IMG/VR virus record: IMGVR_UViG_3300020395_000006
Coordinates: 4,265 to 68,264 of that record
Length of the DNA stretch: 64,000 bases
Direction: 5' to 3' (one strand)
DNA from: a virus
This document shows positions 7,748 through 17,074 of the stretch, in pieces. Every line of letters begins with the position of its first letter. Within the stretch, counting starts at the first letter, position 1. The position numbers and the translations under genes were made by a program. The notes under the pieces were generated by a model that was not told where the DNA came from, did no database searches, and worked only from the letters and a program-made list of their open reading frames with translations.

Positions 7748-8214
7748 ATAGATTATACATAAAGTCACCAGAAATTGAGCGTGGGGCATGGATGTTGCAC
7801 CAAGCAACTAAAGTTGCACTTATTGGTAATGGTGGAAACTTAGCAATATGTCAACATGCAGCGTCAGATATACAACGTCATACTGGTAAGTTTTGCTTTG
7901 CACCTGATTCAATTCATCTATCTGCACTGGGTGGAGATAATGACTGGAAAGCAGCGTTCATAAACTATGCAGGTCAATATGCTGACCTTGTTATTGGTAT
8001 TGGATGTAGGACGAACTCACCTCTTATGGATGCTTTGAAGACGAACTCATGTTCAATGCCAACATTAGCAATAGTTCCAAAACCAGTCATACACGAACAT
8101 TTAGAAACTATTGTAATACCTGTTGATACTTATCACGAATTTGAAGTAAATGCACTGTGGACAATCTATATGCTTATGGAGTATAATGGTGTGAAACTAC
8201 CTAAGTTACCATGA
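7744..8214 (+). CDS. SIS-domain sugar-phosphate isomerase (GmhA-like)
   Basis: IGNGGNLAICQHAASD and LSALGGD match GmhA motifs (GNGGS-A-AQH, TA-GND). Confidence 0.7.
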   Translation: MNRLYIKSPEIERGAWMLHQATKVALIGNGGNLAICQHAASDIQRHTGKFCFAPDSIHLSALGGDNDWKAAFINYAGQYADLVIGIGCRTNSPLMDALKTNSCSMPTLAIVPKPVIHEHLETIVIPVDTYHEFEVNALWTIYMLMEYNGVKLPKLP

Positions 8215-8615
8215 AGGAGATTACACCTTTAGTAGAAAAGTTTGACGATATTACTGATCGTAGAACTGACATCTATTGTATTGATATAGATGGAACACTG
8301 ACTGAACCACACGAAGGAACTCCATGGGAAGCAGTCCCCAGACCTAAACGAATAGAATATGTCAATGAGTTATATAATGAAGGTGCTACAATATATCTTA
8401 TGACAGCAAGAGGATTTATACGAAGTACAGCAATGCATGGTGATGATATAACCGCAGCACAAAAAGAAGCAGACAATTATTGTAGATCACGAACTGAAGC
8501 ACAACTCAAGAAATGGGGTGTGAAGTATCATGCTTTATTCTTTGGTAAACCTAGAGCAGCATTATATGTGGATGATCGTGGTGTGAGTGATGAGGAGTTT
8601 TTTCCTGAATCTTAG
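8211..8615 (+). CDS. HAD-superfamily phosphatase (capsule-biosynthesis type)
   Basis: DIDGTL, TAR, FGKP-A-YVDD motifs. Confidence 0.85.
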   Translation: MKEITPLVEKFDDITDRRTDIYCIDIDGTLTEPHEGTPWEAVPRPKRIEYVNELYNEGATIYLMTARGFIRSTAMHGDDITAAQKEADNYCRSRTEAQLKKWGVKYHALFFGKPRAALYVDDRGVSDEEFFPES

Positions 8616-9516
8616 ATAATAACCATTCATAAGTTTTATAATATTTTTCCTGATAAACGAATTTATTTTCTTTTATAAAATCTACACTAACTAAACTATC
8701 ATACAATTCTTGTGGGGATTTGAGTGCATCAAGTCCTAGCATTTTTATTGTAAGGTAGTTTTTTATGTCTTGATCTATATCATTCCATCCTTCAGTCCAG
8801 TGTAGAAATTTCTTTTGATTCTCATTTAGGAAATCATATCCCCATATCAAATGAGATAGTATTCTACCCCTGTTACCAAATATCTCATCATCAGTCTTTG
8901 CACGATAGTTCTTTATACTGTCATACAGTACAATTTTCTTATCTAAGAACGAAGAATAATACAGATCCGTCCCTGGGTATGCCAGGTAAACGAATTCATG
9001 CTCTTGAAATAGTCTTGCTAGTATAACTTGTCTTGTTTCACGATGTGAAAGTTGTATTATCCTACTGGTGTCTGGTTTCTTCAACTTATCCCAACTACAC
9101 CAGATCTGGTCATCACGCCATGGAAGTAGAAAAGTGATTGGTGCTGGTGCTGAATCTATTGCATCTTGTACTATCTTATAATGAGGTTCTCTTATAGTAC
9201 CACAGTCATCATTTGGTAGGAAAAACAACGTACCTGCTCCTCCTGCTCGCCCGGGCTCTAGATCCCACAAGAAAGGTGCTGCACCATAATAAGTCTTCAT
9301 ATAACGAAAGTCTTGCTGTAACTTCTTATAATGGAACTCGCTCCAACAATATAATCTTCTTGTATTATAAACTTGTGGGTTACTATACACCCAGTCCTTC
9401 CTACCCATTGCCTCACGACAAACACCTGGTATCACCCCAAAAGAAAACGAGGTACTAGGGGAAAATCCCAAGTACCTCGAAAATGAGTGTTGCCACTTAT
9501 CACTTTGAATTGTCAT
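8551..9516 (-). CDS. hypothetical protein, possible GT-B-fold transferase
   Basis: 321-aa ORF; PGTDLYYSSFLDKKIVLY resembles the GT-B C-terminal S-T---EA---GKPV motif. Confidence 0.45.
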   Translation of the reverse strand: MTIQSDKWQHSFSRYLGFSPSTSFSFGVIPGVCREAMGRKDWVYSNPQVYNTRRLYCWSEFHYKKLQQDFRYMKTYYGAAPFLWDLEPGRAGGAGTLFFLPNDDCGTIREPHYKIVQDAIDSAPAPITFLLPWRDDQIWCSWDKLKKPDTSRIIQLSHRETRQVILARLFQEHEFVYLAYPGTDLYYSSFLDKKIVLYDSIKNYRAKTDDEIFGNRGRILSHLIWGYDFLNENQKKFLHWTEGWNDIDQDIKNYLTIKMLGLDALKSPQELYDSLVSVDFIKENKFVYQEKYYKTYEWLLSKIQEKTPHHSHHDHPHIMLL

Positions 9517-9535
9517 TATAAAAGTTTTATTACAT

Positions 9536-9964
9536 CTATGTAGTTGCCACCTGTGGACTATGATAAACAGGATTAGATCCGTCTAAAGTTGGTTTAGTCC
9601 ATGCTATCGGAACATCCGTTTCCTCAATAAGAACAGTATCAACCTCTGAGTCACTAATGACACCCTTTTCTAGTAGTAACTGAACTAATGCTTCCGTAGA
9701 AACCATAGTTGCTGACCCTAAAACAGGAGTCCAATAGTCTCCAGTTGTAGGAGTGATTTCATCAGCAATAGTGCCAAACTCTCCATTTGCTGCACGAGTA
9801 TAAAGTTCTCGTGAATGTGCACAAACATCAGTTGGTGAACATGTATATTTCAACCAATCCTCATCCAGAGGAACAAAATCAACTTCTAAGTCGATCATGT
9901 TATGATTGTGATCCACCCAACGTGGATTCCTAGCTTGTGCTATTTCGTAAGTAGTTGCTGCCAT
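9536..9964 (-). CDS. tail fibre assembly chaperone-like protein
   Basis: IDLEVDF...YTCSPTD..HSRELYTRAANGEFGTI; GGAGGT ribosome-binding site before MAATTY; follows a fibre gene. Confidence 0.65.
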   Translation of the reverse strand: MAATTYEIAQARNPRWVDHNHNMIDLEVDFVPLDEDWLKYTCSPTDVCAHSRELYTRAANGEFGTIADEITPTTGDYWTPVLGSATMVSTEALVQLLLEKGVISDSEVDTVLIEETDVPIAWTKPTLDGSNPVYHSPQVATT

Positions 9965-9977
9965 GATTGAATACCTC

Positions 9978-10742
9978 CTAAGAATAACGCAACCATAAGG
10001 TTGAAGAATATGCAACGGTTGTGTTTACACTAACCGAGTTCACTGATACGTTGATTGTAGCAGTACCACCAACACTACCTGAAACATCTAGTCCAGATGT
10101 GCCTACGTTACCAGAAACGTTTAGACCCGAAGTTCCAACGTTACCACCAACGTTTAGTCCAGATGTACCTACGGATAAGTTACCTTTAGTTTGATACGCC
10201 TTTTGTCCTTTAACACCCATGTTTCCATTGGTGTTAGTGTTACCTTGAACTTCACCACCTTGTAGTCCTGCGTTACCCTGAACTTCACCACCCTGCAGTG
10301 ATGCATTACCCTGAACTTGACCACCCTGTAGGTTTCCACTTATGTTACCAGAACCAGATGCAGATGCAGATGCGTTCTCTTGTGCATTTACTAATGCTGC
10401 CCCTGAGTCATAACCCATACACCTCCAACTACCCGAAGGAGTTGTCGAGTGTTTTCTACCAGTAGCATCAGAATATCTAAGTGTAGATCCTGAAGCAGTA
10501 CTACCAGGGTTTACTGCTGAGTTGGAGTTCGCCTGTTGCATAAAAGCATAGGTTCCAACATCACCAACAGATGCGTTAGCATTAACCGAGGCATCCAAAC
10601 TAATGGATGCCGTATTTATAGCACTTATTCGCTGATTCCCGTCAATCGTAATAACTGGAACCGCAGAAGAACTACCATAGTTTGTTGCGGAACTTACGTC
10701 AGTTGTATGATTGACGTTTGAACCATTTCCATATAAAGCCAT
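9978..10742 (-). CDS. distal tail fibre / adhesin-like protein with repeat insert
   Basis: GDVGTYAF...GSTLRYS...GSWRCMG...TLWLRYS fibre-tip pattern; two blocks of 11-aa repeats; late promoter ATAAATA at 10767-10773. Confidence 0.7.
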   Translation of the reverse strand: MALYGNGSNVNHTTDVSSATNYGSSSAVPVITIDGNQRISAINTASISLDASVNANASVGDVGTYAFMQQANSNSAVNPGSTASGSTLRYSDATGRKHSTTPSGSWRCMGYDSGAALVNAQENASASASGSGNISGNLQGGQVQGNASLQGGEVQGNAGLQGGEVQGNTNTNGNMGVKGQKAYQTKGNLSVGTSGLNVGGNVGTSGLNVSGNVGTSGLDVSGSVGGTATINVSVNSVSVNTTVAYSSTLWLRYS

Positions 10743-10769
10743 TTGTGTACTTTATCTCCGTATTGGTAT

Positions 10770-13700
10770 TTATGAAACTTCTTCTAGAACGAAACGATAT
10801 GACTTACCGTTACGTCTATTAGTTAGGTATAGGTTATCTTCACCCTCTTCTATAAGGTAAGATCCCCAAGTGCCATCGACCTTGTTAGCACCTTTCGCCT
10901 CGTTACTTAGATCTAAGTCAGAACTGTAGACGTTTGCCCATCTTGTTCCACTTGCACCTAAGTTTCTTGTACCATTTGCATTAGGTACAATGTTTCCAGA
11001 CATTGTTAAAGTTCCAGACATTGTGTCTGAAGTGTCTGATCTAACGAAACTGGAAGCATGTAAACTATCAACTGTATCAGCGTTAGTTGCTGAAGTTGCA
11101 GTAGTTGCGTTTCCAGATAAAGCACCACTAAAGGTACCTGCTGTCAATGTATTTGAACTTGGATTGTAACTGAATCCTGTATCAGATTCTAATCCTTGTG
11201 TGCCTGTAGCACCATCTACAAATACTGGGTAAACAGTTTCGTTGTTACTATTATTAGCACTTATAGTAGAACTAGACGCTAATGTAGCAGTAGCAGCGTT
11301 ACCAGAACAAGCAGCAGATGTTCCTGAACTTGTTATGTAACCAGCACCGTTAGTAATAGCGTTGTTATTCAACGATATGTTTGATGAACCATCAAAAGCA
11401 ACTCCAGCGATAGTTTTTGTCGCTGCAAGTTTTGTTGCAGTAGCAGCGTTACCAGTACAAGATCCAGATGAACCAGATGTGTTACCAGTTACGTTACCTG
11501 TTAGGTTACCAACAAATGCTCCAGATGATAGTGTGATACCTGCAGCAGCGAATGTTGCAAGTGTTGACCCATCAATTGCTGCTACAATACTACCAGTACC
11601 ACTGTCAGAGACAGTCATACTTGAGTTGCCCTGCGAAATAGCAGTGCTATCAATAGAACTTGTAGAAGTAGATGTTATTCTACCTTTAGCATCAATAGTA
11701 AGGATAGGAATCGCTGAACTAGATCCAACTGTACCTGCAGATACTCCTGAGTTTGCAAGAGTAATTGCACCACTATCACTAGCAGTAGCATCACCAGATG
11801 CAGAAGACCAAATAAACTTCTTAACTCTGGTCATGTCGGAACGTCTATTGGTTCCACCACCACCATCATCAATAATAATTTCGTCAGCGTTGACAATATC
11901 AGCACCAATGTCAGTACCACCGTCAATATTCAATGCAGAGATTGAAACCTTATTGGCAGTTGAGAGTGTTGATAACTTACTGTCGGCAATAGAACCTGCA
12001 AGTTGTGCGTTGGTTATAGTACCACTTAGACTACTTGTAGGATAATTGGTAGCATCACTCAAGTCAAATGCTGGAGTAGCATCAGATCCACCTAGTGATA
12101 ATGTTATACCACCATAAGCTACTGAACTGTTTGATAACTTACTGTTAGCAATAGAACCTGCTAACTTAGCGTTGGTAATAGAACCTGCAAGTTGAGCGTT
12201 GGTTATAGTACCACTCAAACTTGAAGTAGGATAGTTAGTAGCATCACTCAAGTCAAATGCTGGAGTGCCGTCAGATCCACCTAATGATAGTGATACACCA
12301 CCATAAGATACTGTACTATTTGCTAAGTAACCATTTGCGATTGCAGTTCCCTGCCAAACACCAGTAGCAATAGTACCTACACTTGTTAGTGAAGATGCTA
12401 CAACAGATGAACCTAGTGTGGTTGCACTTAGAACTGATGTGTTATTGACCTTCAATACCTTACCTGATGCAAGGTTTATATTTTCTGAGGATCCCCAGTT
12501 ATCGCCTGTTGCTTCAAAGTTCCATGTTTTGTCTCCGTCTCCTGAGTCAACGGTTAAACCACCTCCATCGGCAGCTGCGTCATCTGCAGCTCCAGTAGCA
12601 ACTTGGAAGTTTTTATCATCTATTGCAACTGTGGTACTATTAATAGTAGTTGTAGTACCATTGACTGTCAAGTTACCTGAGACTGTTAGGTTATCATCAA
12701 CAGTTGTCGTACCACCTGCTGAGTCAATTACCAAGTTACCTGATGCAGTATCAATCTCGTTGTCGTTACTTACACCTATTTGAACATTGTCTATACTTGC
12801 TCCACCGTTAGCATCAAGAGCACCAGTTATAGTAACACCTGCTGAGAAAGCAGCAGCCTCTGCAACTGTCAACCCGTCAAGAGTTGTTGCTCCGTCTACA
12901 TCTAATGTTGATGAAAATGCAGCACCTTCTGCAACTGTTAGACCGTCAAGTGTGGTAGCACCATCTACATCTAAGTTACCAGTTATAGTAGCGTTTGAAC
13001 TAGCAGCGACTGTTGTAAATGAACCTGCAGCTGCGGTTGATCCACCAATAACAGCAGCATCAATAGTACCACCGTTTATGTCAGCAGTATCAGCAACCAA
13101 TGAGTCTATATTTGCTGTACCATCAAGGTATAGGTCTTTCCACTCTAATGAAGATGTACCTAAGTCTCTTGCATTATCAGTAGAAGGAACTAGATCACTA
13201 TCGAATCTACCTGTAGCAGTGATAGTATCAGATGTAGAGTCACCTAAGTCTACGTTACCATTAGCTACTGTACTACCAGTAACAGTAAGATTTCCTGAAA
13301 CTGTAGCAGTATCATTTATTGCTACTGTGCCTCCAGTAGAATCAAGTGTTAGGGTACCTGAAGAAGTTGATACTGTGTTACCATTTACTGTAACATTATC
13401 AACTACCGCACTTCCTACGACAGTTAGAGTTCCAGCAACATCAGTTGTGTCTAGTGTTGTATCTCCGTCTACGTCTAAGTTACCAGTTATAGTAGCGTTT
13501 GAACTAGCAGCAACTGTTGTGAATGAACCTGCAGCTGCAGTTGATCCACCAATGACTACATTGTCTGCTGTACCACCGTTTATGTCTGCTGTGTCTGCTA
13601 CAAGTGAATCAATGTTAGCAGTTCCATCTATATAAAGGTCTTGCCACTCTAATGTAGATGAACCTAAATCGCTAGTACCATCTGCAATAGGAAGTAAATC

Positions 13701-14816
13701 ACTATCGAATCTACCTGTTACAGTAACACTATCAGTTGTAGCATTACCTAAGTTGACATCTCCATTTGCATCGAGTTGTCCAGCTAAGGTTGTTGTACCT
13801 GTAACTCCAAGTGTAGTTGAGAATGTAGCACCTTCTGCAACTGTTAGTCCATCAAGTGTGGTTGCACCGTCAACATCAAATGTTCCTGTAACAGCAGCAT
13901 CACCACCAACACTTAGATCACCAATTATCCCTGCGTTTGCATCAACGTCTAAAGTATCAATATGAGCAGTGCCATCTAAGTATAAGTCTTTCCACTCTAA
14001 TGAAGATGTACCTAAGTCTCTTGCATTATCAGTAGAAGGAACTAGATCACTATCAAAACGACCTGTAGCAGTGATAGTATCACTGGTTGCATCACCTAAA
14101 TCTACGTTACCACTAGCGGATAAAGTAGTAAAAGCACCAGAGGATGCTGAAGCAGCTCCAACAGTAGCACCATCAACAGATCCACCGTTGATGTCTGCTG
14201 TGTCTGCTACTAATGAATCAATGTTTGCAGTGCCGTCAAGGTATAAATCTTTGAATTCTAGACCTGATGCACCTAAGTCTCTTGCATTATCCGTGCTAGG
14301 AACTATGTCGCTATCAAATCTACCTGTTGCAGTAATCGTATCAGACGTTGCATCGCCTAAATCTACGTCACCACTTGCAGTCAGTGTTGTAAATGCTCCA
14401 GAGGATGCTGAGTTAGCACCTACAGTTGCACCGTCAACGGTACCACCATTGATATCAGCAGTATCAGCAACTAGTGCGTCAATGTTTGCTGTGCCATCAA
14501 TGTATAAGTTTCTCCATTCTTTTGTCGATGATCCTAAGTCAAATGTACCATCGTCATCAGGTACGATGTGTGAGTCTACCTCACCACCGAATACCACATT
14601 ATCAGTATTTGCATCACCAAGTGTAAGGGTTCCACCATTGAAGGTTGTTGTGCCAGTAACTGTAAGGTTACCACCTACGCCTATGTTACCATCCACAGTG
14701 AGGTTATCCTCCATGTGAACCGCAGCCAAGAACGTAGACATACCAACGTGTGAACTGAATCCAGCTATACGTTGTTGTACGCCACCCGCCTTCGCAAGTT
14801 CTCTTGCTCTAGACAT
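10770..14816 (-). CDS. long tail fibre protein (1348 aa)
   Basis: Gly/Thr/Ala/Ser-rich with repeated DLG----EWKDLYLDGTANIDSLVADTADINGG units; late promoter CTAAATA at 14848-14854. Confidence 0.85.
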   Translation of the reverse strand: MSRARELAKAGGVQQRIAGFSSHVGMSTFLAAVHMEDNLTVDGNIGVGGNLTVTGTTTFNGGTLTLGDANTDNVVFGGEVDSHIVPDDDGTFDLGSSTKEWRNLYIDGTANIDALVADTADINGGTVDGATVGANSASSGAFTTLTASGDVDLGDATSDTITATGRFDSDIVPSTDNARDLGASGLEFKDLYLDGTANIDSLVADTADINGGSVDGATVGAASASSGAFTTLSASGNVDLGDATSDTITATGRFDSDLVPSTDNARDLGTSSLEWKDLYLDGTAHIDTLDVDANAGIIGDLSVGGDAAVTGTFDVDGATTLDGLTVAEGATFSTTLGVTGTTTLAGQLDANGDVNLGNATTDSVTVTGRFDSDLLPIADGTSDLGSSTLEWQDLYIDGTANIDSLVADTADINGGTADNVVIGGSTAAAGSFTTVAASSNATITGNLDVDGDTTLDTTDVAGTLTVVGSAVVDNVTVNGNTVSTSSGTLTLDSTGGTVAINDTATVSGNLTVTGSTVANGNVDLGDSTSDTITATGRFDSDLVPSTDNARDLGTSSLEWKDLYLDGTANIDSLVADTADINGGTIDAAVIGGSTAAAGSFTTVAASSNATITGNLDVDGATTLDGLTVAEGAAFSSTLDVDGATTLDGLTVAEAAAFSAGVTITGALDANGGASIDNVQIGVSNDNEIDTASGNLVIDSAGGTTTVDDNLTVSGNLTVNGTTTTINSTTVAIDDKNFQVATGAADDAAADGGGLTVDSGDGDKTWNFEATGDNWGSSENINLASGKVLKVNNTSVLSATTLGSSVVASSLTSVGTIATGVWQGTAIANGYLANSTVSYGGVSLSLGGSDGTPAFDLSDATNYPTSSLSGTITNAQLAGSITNAKLAGSIANSKLSNSSVAYGGITLSLGGSDATPAFDLSDATNYPTSSLSGTITNAQLAGSIADSKLSTLSTANKVSISALNIDGGTDIGADIVNADEIIIDDGGGGTNRRSDMTRVKKFIWSSASGDATASDSGAITLANSGVSAGTVGSSSAIPILTIDAKGRITSTSTSSIDSTAISQGNSSMTVSDSGTGSIVAAIDGSTLATFAAAGITLSSGAFVGNLTGNVTGNTSGSSGSCTGNAATATKLAATKTIAGVAFDGSSNISLNNNAITNGAGYITSSGTSAACSGNAATATLASSSTISANNSNNETVYPVFVDGATGTQGLESDTGFSYNPSSNTLTAGTFSGALSGNATTATSATNADTVDSLHASSFVRSDTSDTMSGTLTMSGNIVPNANGTRNLGASGTRWANVYSSDLDLSNEAKGANKVDGTWGSYLIEEGEDNLYLTNRRNGKSYRFVLEEVS
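13134..14054. repeat. 69-bp identical direct repeat inside the tail fibre gene
   Basis: 13134-13202 is identical to 13986-14054; further degenerate copies lie nearby. Confidence 0.85.
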
Positions 14817-14850
14817 AATGGAATTTCTTGTTAGTCTTTTACCCTATTAT

Positions 14851-16731
14851 TTAGACTTCTGTCAGATTTATTTTGTACTTCTTACCTGTTAGATTGTTTA
14901 TCATAAAGATATTCTCATCTCCTTCCTGTAATGTCCAGTCTCCCCATGTACCATCTACATCATTTACCTTACCTTTATTACTTAATTGTAAGTCCATAGA
15001 ATATACATTTGCATACCTATTTGCATCTGATCCTATATCATAAGTATTATGTGCTGCAGGTAATATATTACCTGCAGTTAAACTACCAACAGTAATGTTT
15101 GGAGTTCCATTCAATCCTGTAGCAGTTCCATTCAGTGAACCATTAAAATTCGTTGCAGATACTGTATTTGAATTAGGATTATATGTAAATGTATTATCAG
15201 ATCTCATGTTCTCTTGACCAGAGACTGAATCTGCAAACATTACATAATGAGTAGCATTTGTTGTATTAGTTGCTGTAACTTCAACCGTTGCAGCACTAAC
15301 GTGAGTCAAATTTGAACCATTTATATTAGGTAATGTACCAGTTAGTTGAGAAGCATCCATGCTTCCACTAAAACTAGATGCAGTTATAATACCACTTGCA
15401 TTAACTGTTGATGATATAAGTTGAGATATACTAGAAACACCGATACTATTGATATGTCCCGTTACTTTACCAGTATGGTCACCAGCAGAATTTCCTGTGA
15501 GATTTCCTGTAACATTACCAATCACAGCACCTGTAAGTCCACCAACAAATCCACCTACAGATGTTGTAACACCTGAAACTAATACTTGTGCAAAGTTATT
15601 AGAACCTGTTGATACTACATCTCCACTTATATTACCAGTTACACTACCTGTAAGTGGACCTACAAAACTTGCTGATGTAGTAACACCTGTAGTATTTACG
15701 TTTGTATTCTGTAAATATTTTACTGTTGATATACCACCAGAATTAACATTTCCCATGAAGGAATTGCTATTTGATATAAACCCTAAAGCAGTACCAAATC
15801 CTGTGTAATTAAAAGTAGTACCTTTTAGTTGTGCTGCAGTACTAACTCCAGCAGCATTTATATTTCCTACAAAACTACCAGTTGCTGTTACTAACCCTGC
15901 CTGTACATTACCAGTATGCTCTCCAGCAGAATTTCCTGTAAGATTTCCTGTAACATTACCAGTTACATTACCTGTTAGGTTACCTGTTACATTACCAACG
16001 AATCCACCTGTAGCAGTTATAATACCAGTAGCATTTAGATCTGTTGAACCAACCTGTGTCAGTGTTGATATACCACTTACATTCAGTCTAGGAAAATTAC
16101 CAGTTACATCAAGTTTTGCCCTATTTGCTTGAGGACTACTTACAGATAAACCAATACCTGCTTGTAGTTGTGATACACCAGTTACAGAAAGATATGATCT
16201 ATCATCATATGCATCAATACTAAAATCAGTTAGTGTTCCAATAGATGCAATACCTGTTGTGCCACTAGGTGCAAATATTGTAAGACCAGTACCAACTCTT
16301 ATTGTAGATATACCTGAAACTTGTACAAACCCTGATCCATTTTGTCCATCTAGATCATTTCTTACTACTGTTAATGTTGCTAAACCTACCTGCACACCAC
16401 CTTGAGTGATATGAGTCTGAATTGCTACAATACCATCACCAACAACATCAATTATTGTTATCGAACCTGCTAATCCAACTGGTTGTATTCCTTCATCCCT
16501 TACTGTTATACCACTTACCGTTCCAGATGGAGATCCAGAAGGTTCTCCCCAACGACGAGCTCCGTTAGCATCACCATATAGAACGTAATCATTCTGTGGT
16601 GATAAACCTAAGTTGGGTTCGACTTCGCTCAATCCTATAAAAACAGGATCACCGCCAACTATTTGATTTCGTGATGTAGATAACCCGGAGTAACTTGTGA
16701 CTCCGACCTTACCAGATAACAGTTTTGCCAT
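14851..16731 (-). CDS. tail fibre-like virion protein (626 aa)
   Basis: GNVT/GNLT repeats and GIST motifs; C-terminal domain homologous to that of the 1348-aa fibre. Confidence 0.75.
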   Translation of the reverse strand: MAKLLSGKVGVTSYSGLSTSRNQIVGGDPVFIGLSEVEPNLGLSPQNDYVLYGDANGARRWGEPSGSPSGTVSGITVRDEGIQPVGLAGSITIIDVVGDGIVAIQTHITQGGVQVGLATLTVVRNDLDGQNGSGFVQVSGISTIRVGTGLTIFAPSGTTGIASIGTLTDFSIDAYDDRSYLSVTGVSQLQAGIGLSVSSPQANRAKLDVTGNFPRLNVSGISTLTQVGSTDLNATGIITATGGFVGNVTGNLTGNVTGNVTGNLTGNSAGEHTGNVQAGLVTATGSFVGNINAAGVSTAAQLKGTTFNYTGFGTALGFISNSNSFMGNVNSGGISTVKYLQNTNVNTTGVTTSASFVGPLTGSVTGNISGDVVSTGSNNFAQVLVSGVTTSVGGFVGGLTGAVIGNVTGNLTGNSAGDHTGKVTGHINSIGVSSISQLISSTVNASGIITASSFSGSMDASQLTGTLPNINGSNLTHVSAATVEVTATNTTNATHYVMFADSVSGQENMRSDNTFTYNPNSNTVSATNFNGSLNGTATGLNGTPNITVGSLTAGNILPAAHNTYDIGSDANRYANVYSMDLQLSNKGKVNDVDGTWGDWTLQEGDENIFMINNLTGKKYKINLTEV

Positions 16732-17073
16732 TTACTTAGCGTTTTCTAATATACTGATAATAATTTTCTGGGTTCCATCTTTATCTTCACTCTTGACTTT
16801 GAGAATATCTCCAGTCTCAAGAACTAGTCTACCTTCAATGAAGTTCATAGAATCTTGATTAGGGATTTGACCCTTCTCAATAATTGGTGTATCCACAGAA
16901 CTTCTACTATGATAAGCACTGAACTGTGTTACCGAACTTCCTGTTCCTACGTTCGCAACATTACCAAATACAATTAGTGATGCCACACCTGGTGGGCAAG
17001 TGTATATACCAACCGAGGAGGTAGTAAGAGTATGAGTGATCGTACGAAATTTATTTAATGGGATCGCAGCCAT
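16732..17073 (-). CDS. virion structural / hypothetical protein
   Basis: 113-aa ORF inside the tail operon; RLVLETGD motif. Confidence 0.7.
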   Translation of the reverse strand: MAAIPLNKFRTITHTLTTSSVGIYTCPPGVASLIVFGNVANVGTGSSVTQFSAYHSRSSVDTPIIEKGQIPNQDSMNFIEGRLVLETGDILKVKSEDKDGTQKIIISILENAK

Positions 17074-17074
17074 T

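Noticed and set aside
10080-10340. CRISPR-like array of 33-bp repeats
   Set aside because: The repeats are contiguous, in frame and degenerate at third codon positions, with no unique spacers.
11362-15808. Long plus-strand ORFs opposite the tail-fibre genes
   Set aside because: These are shadow ORFs caused by the biased Gly/Thr/Ala/Ser codon usage of the real minus-strand genes.
9978-16731. Diversity-generating retroelement acting on fibre tips
   Set aside because: There is no reverse transcriptase in the window, and the repeat copies are in-frame coding duplicates without an adenine-specific mismatch pattern that I could see.
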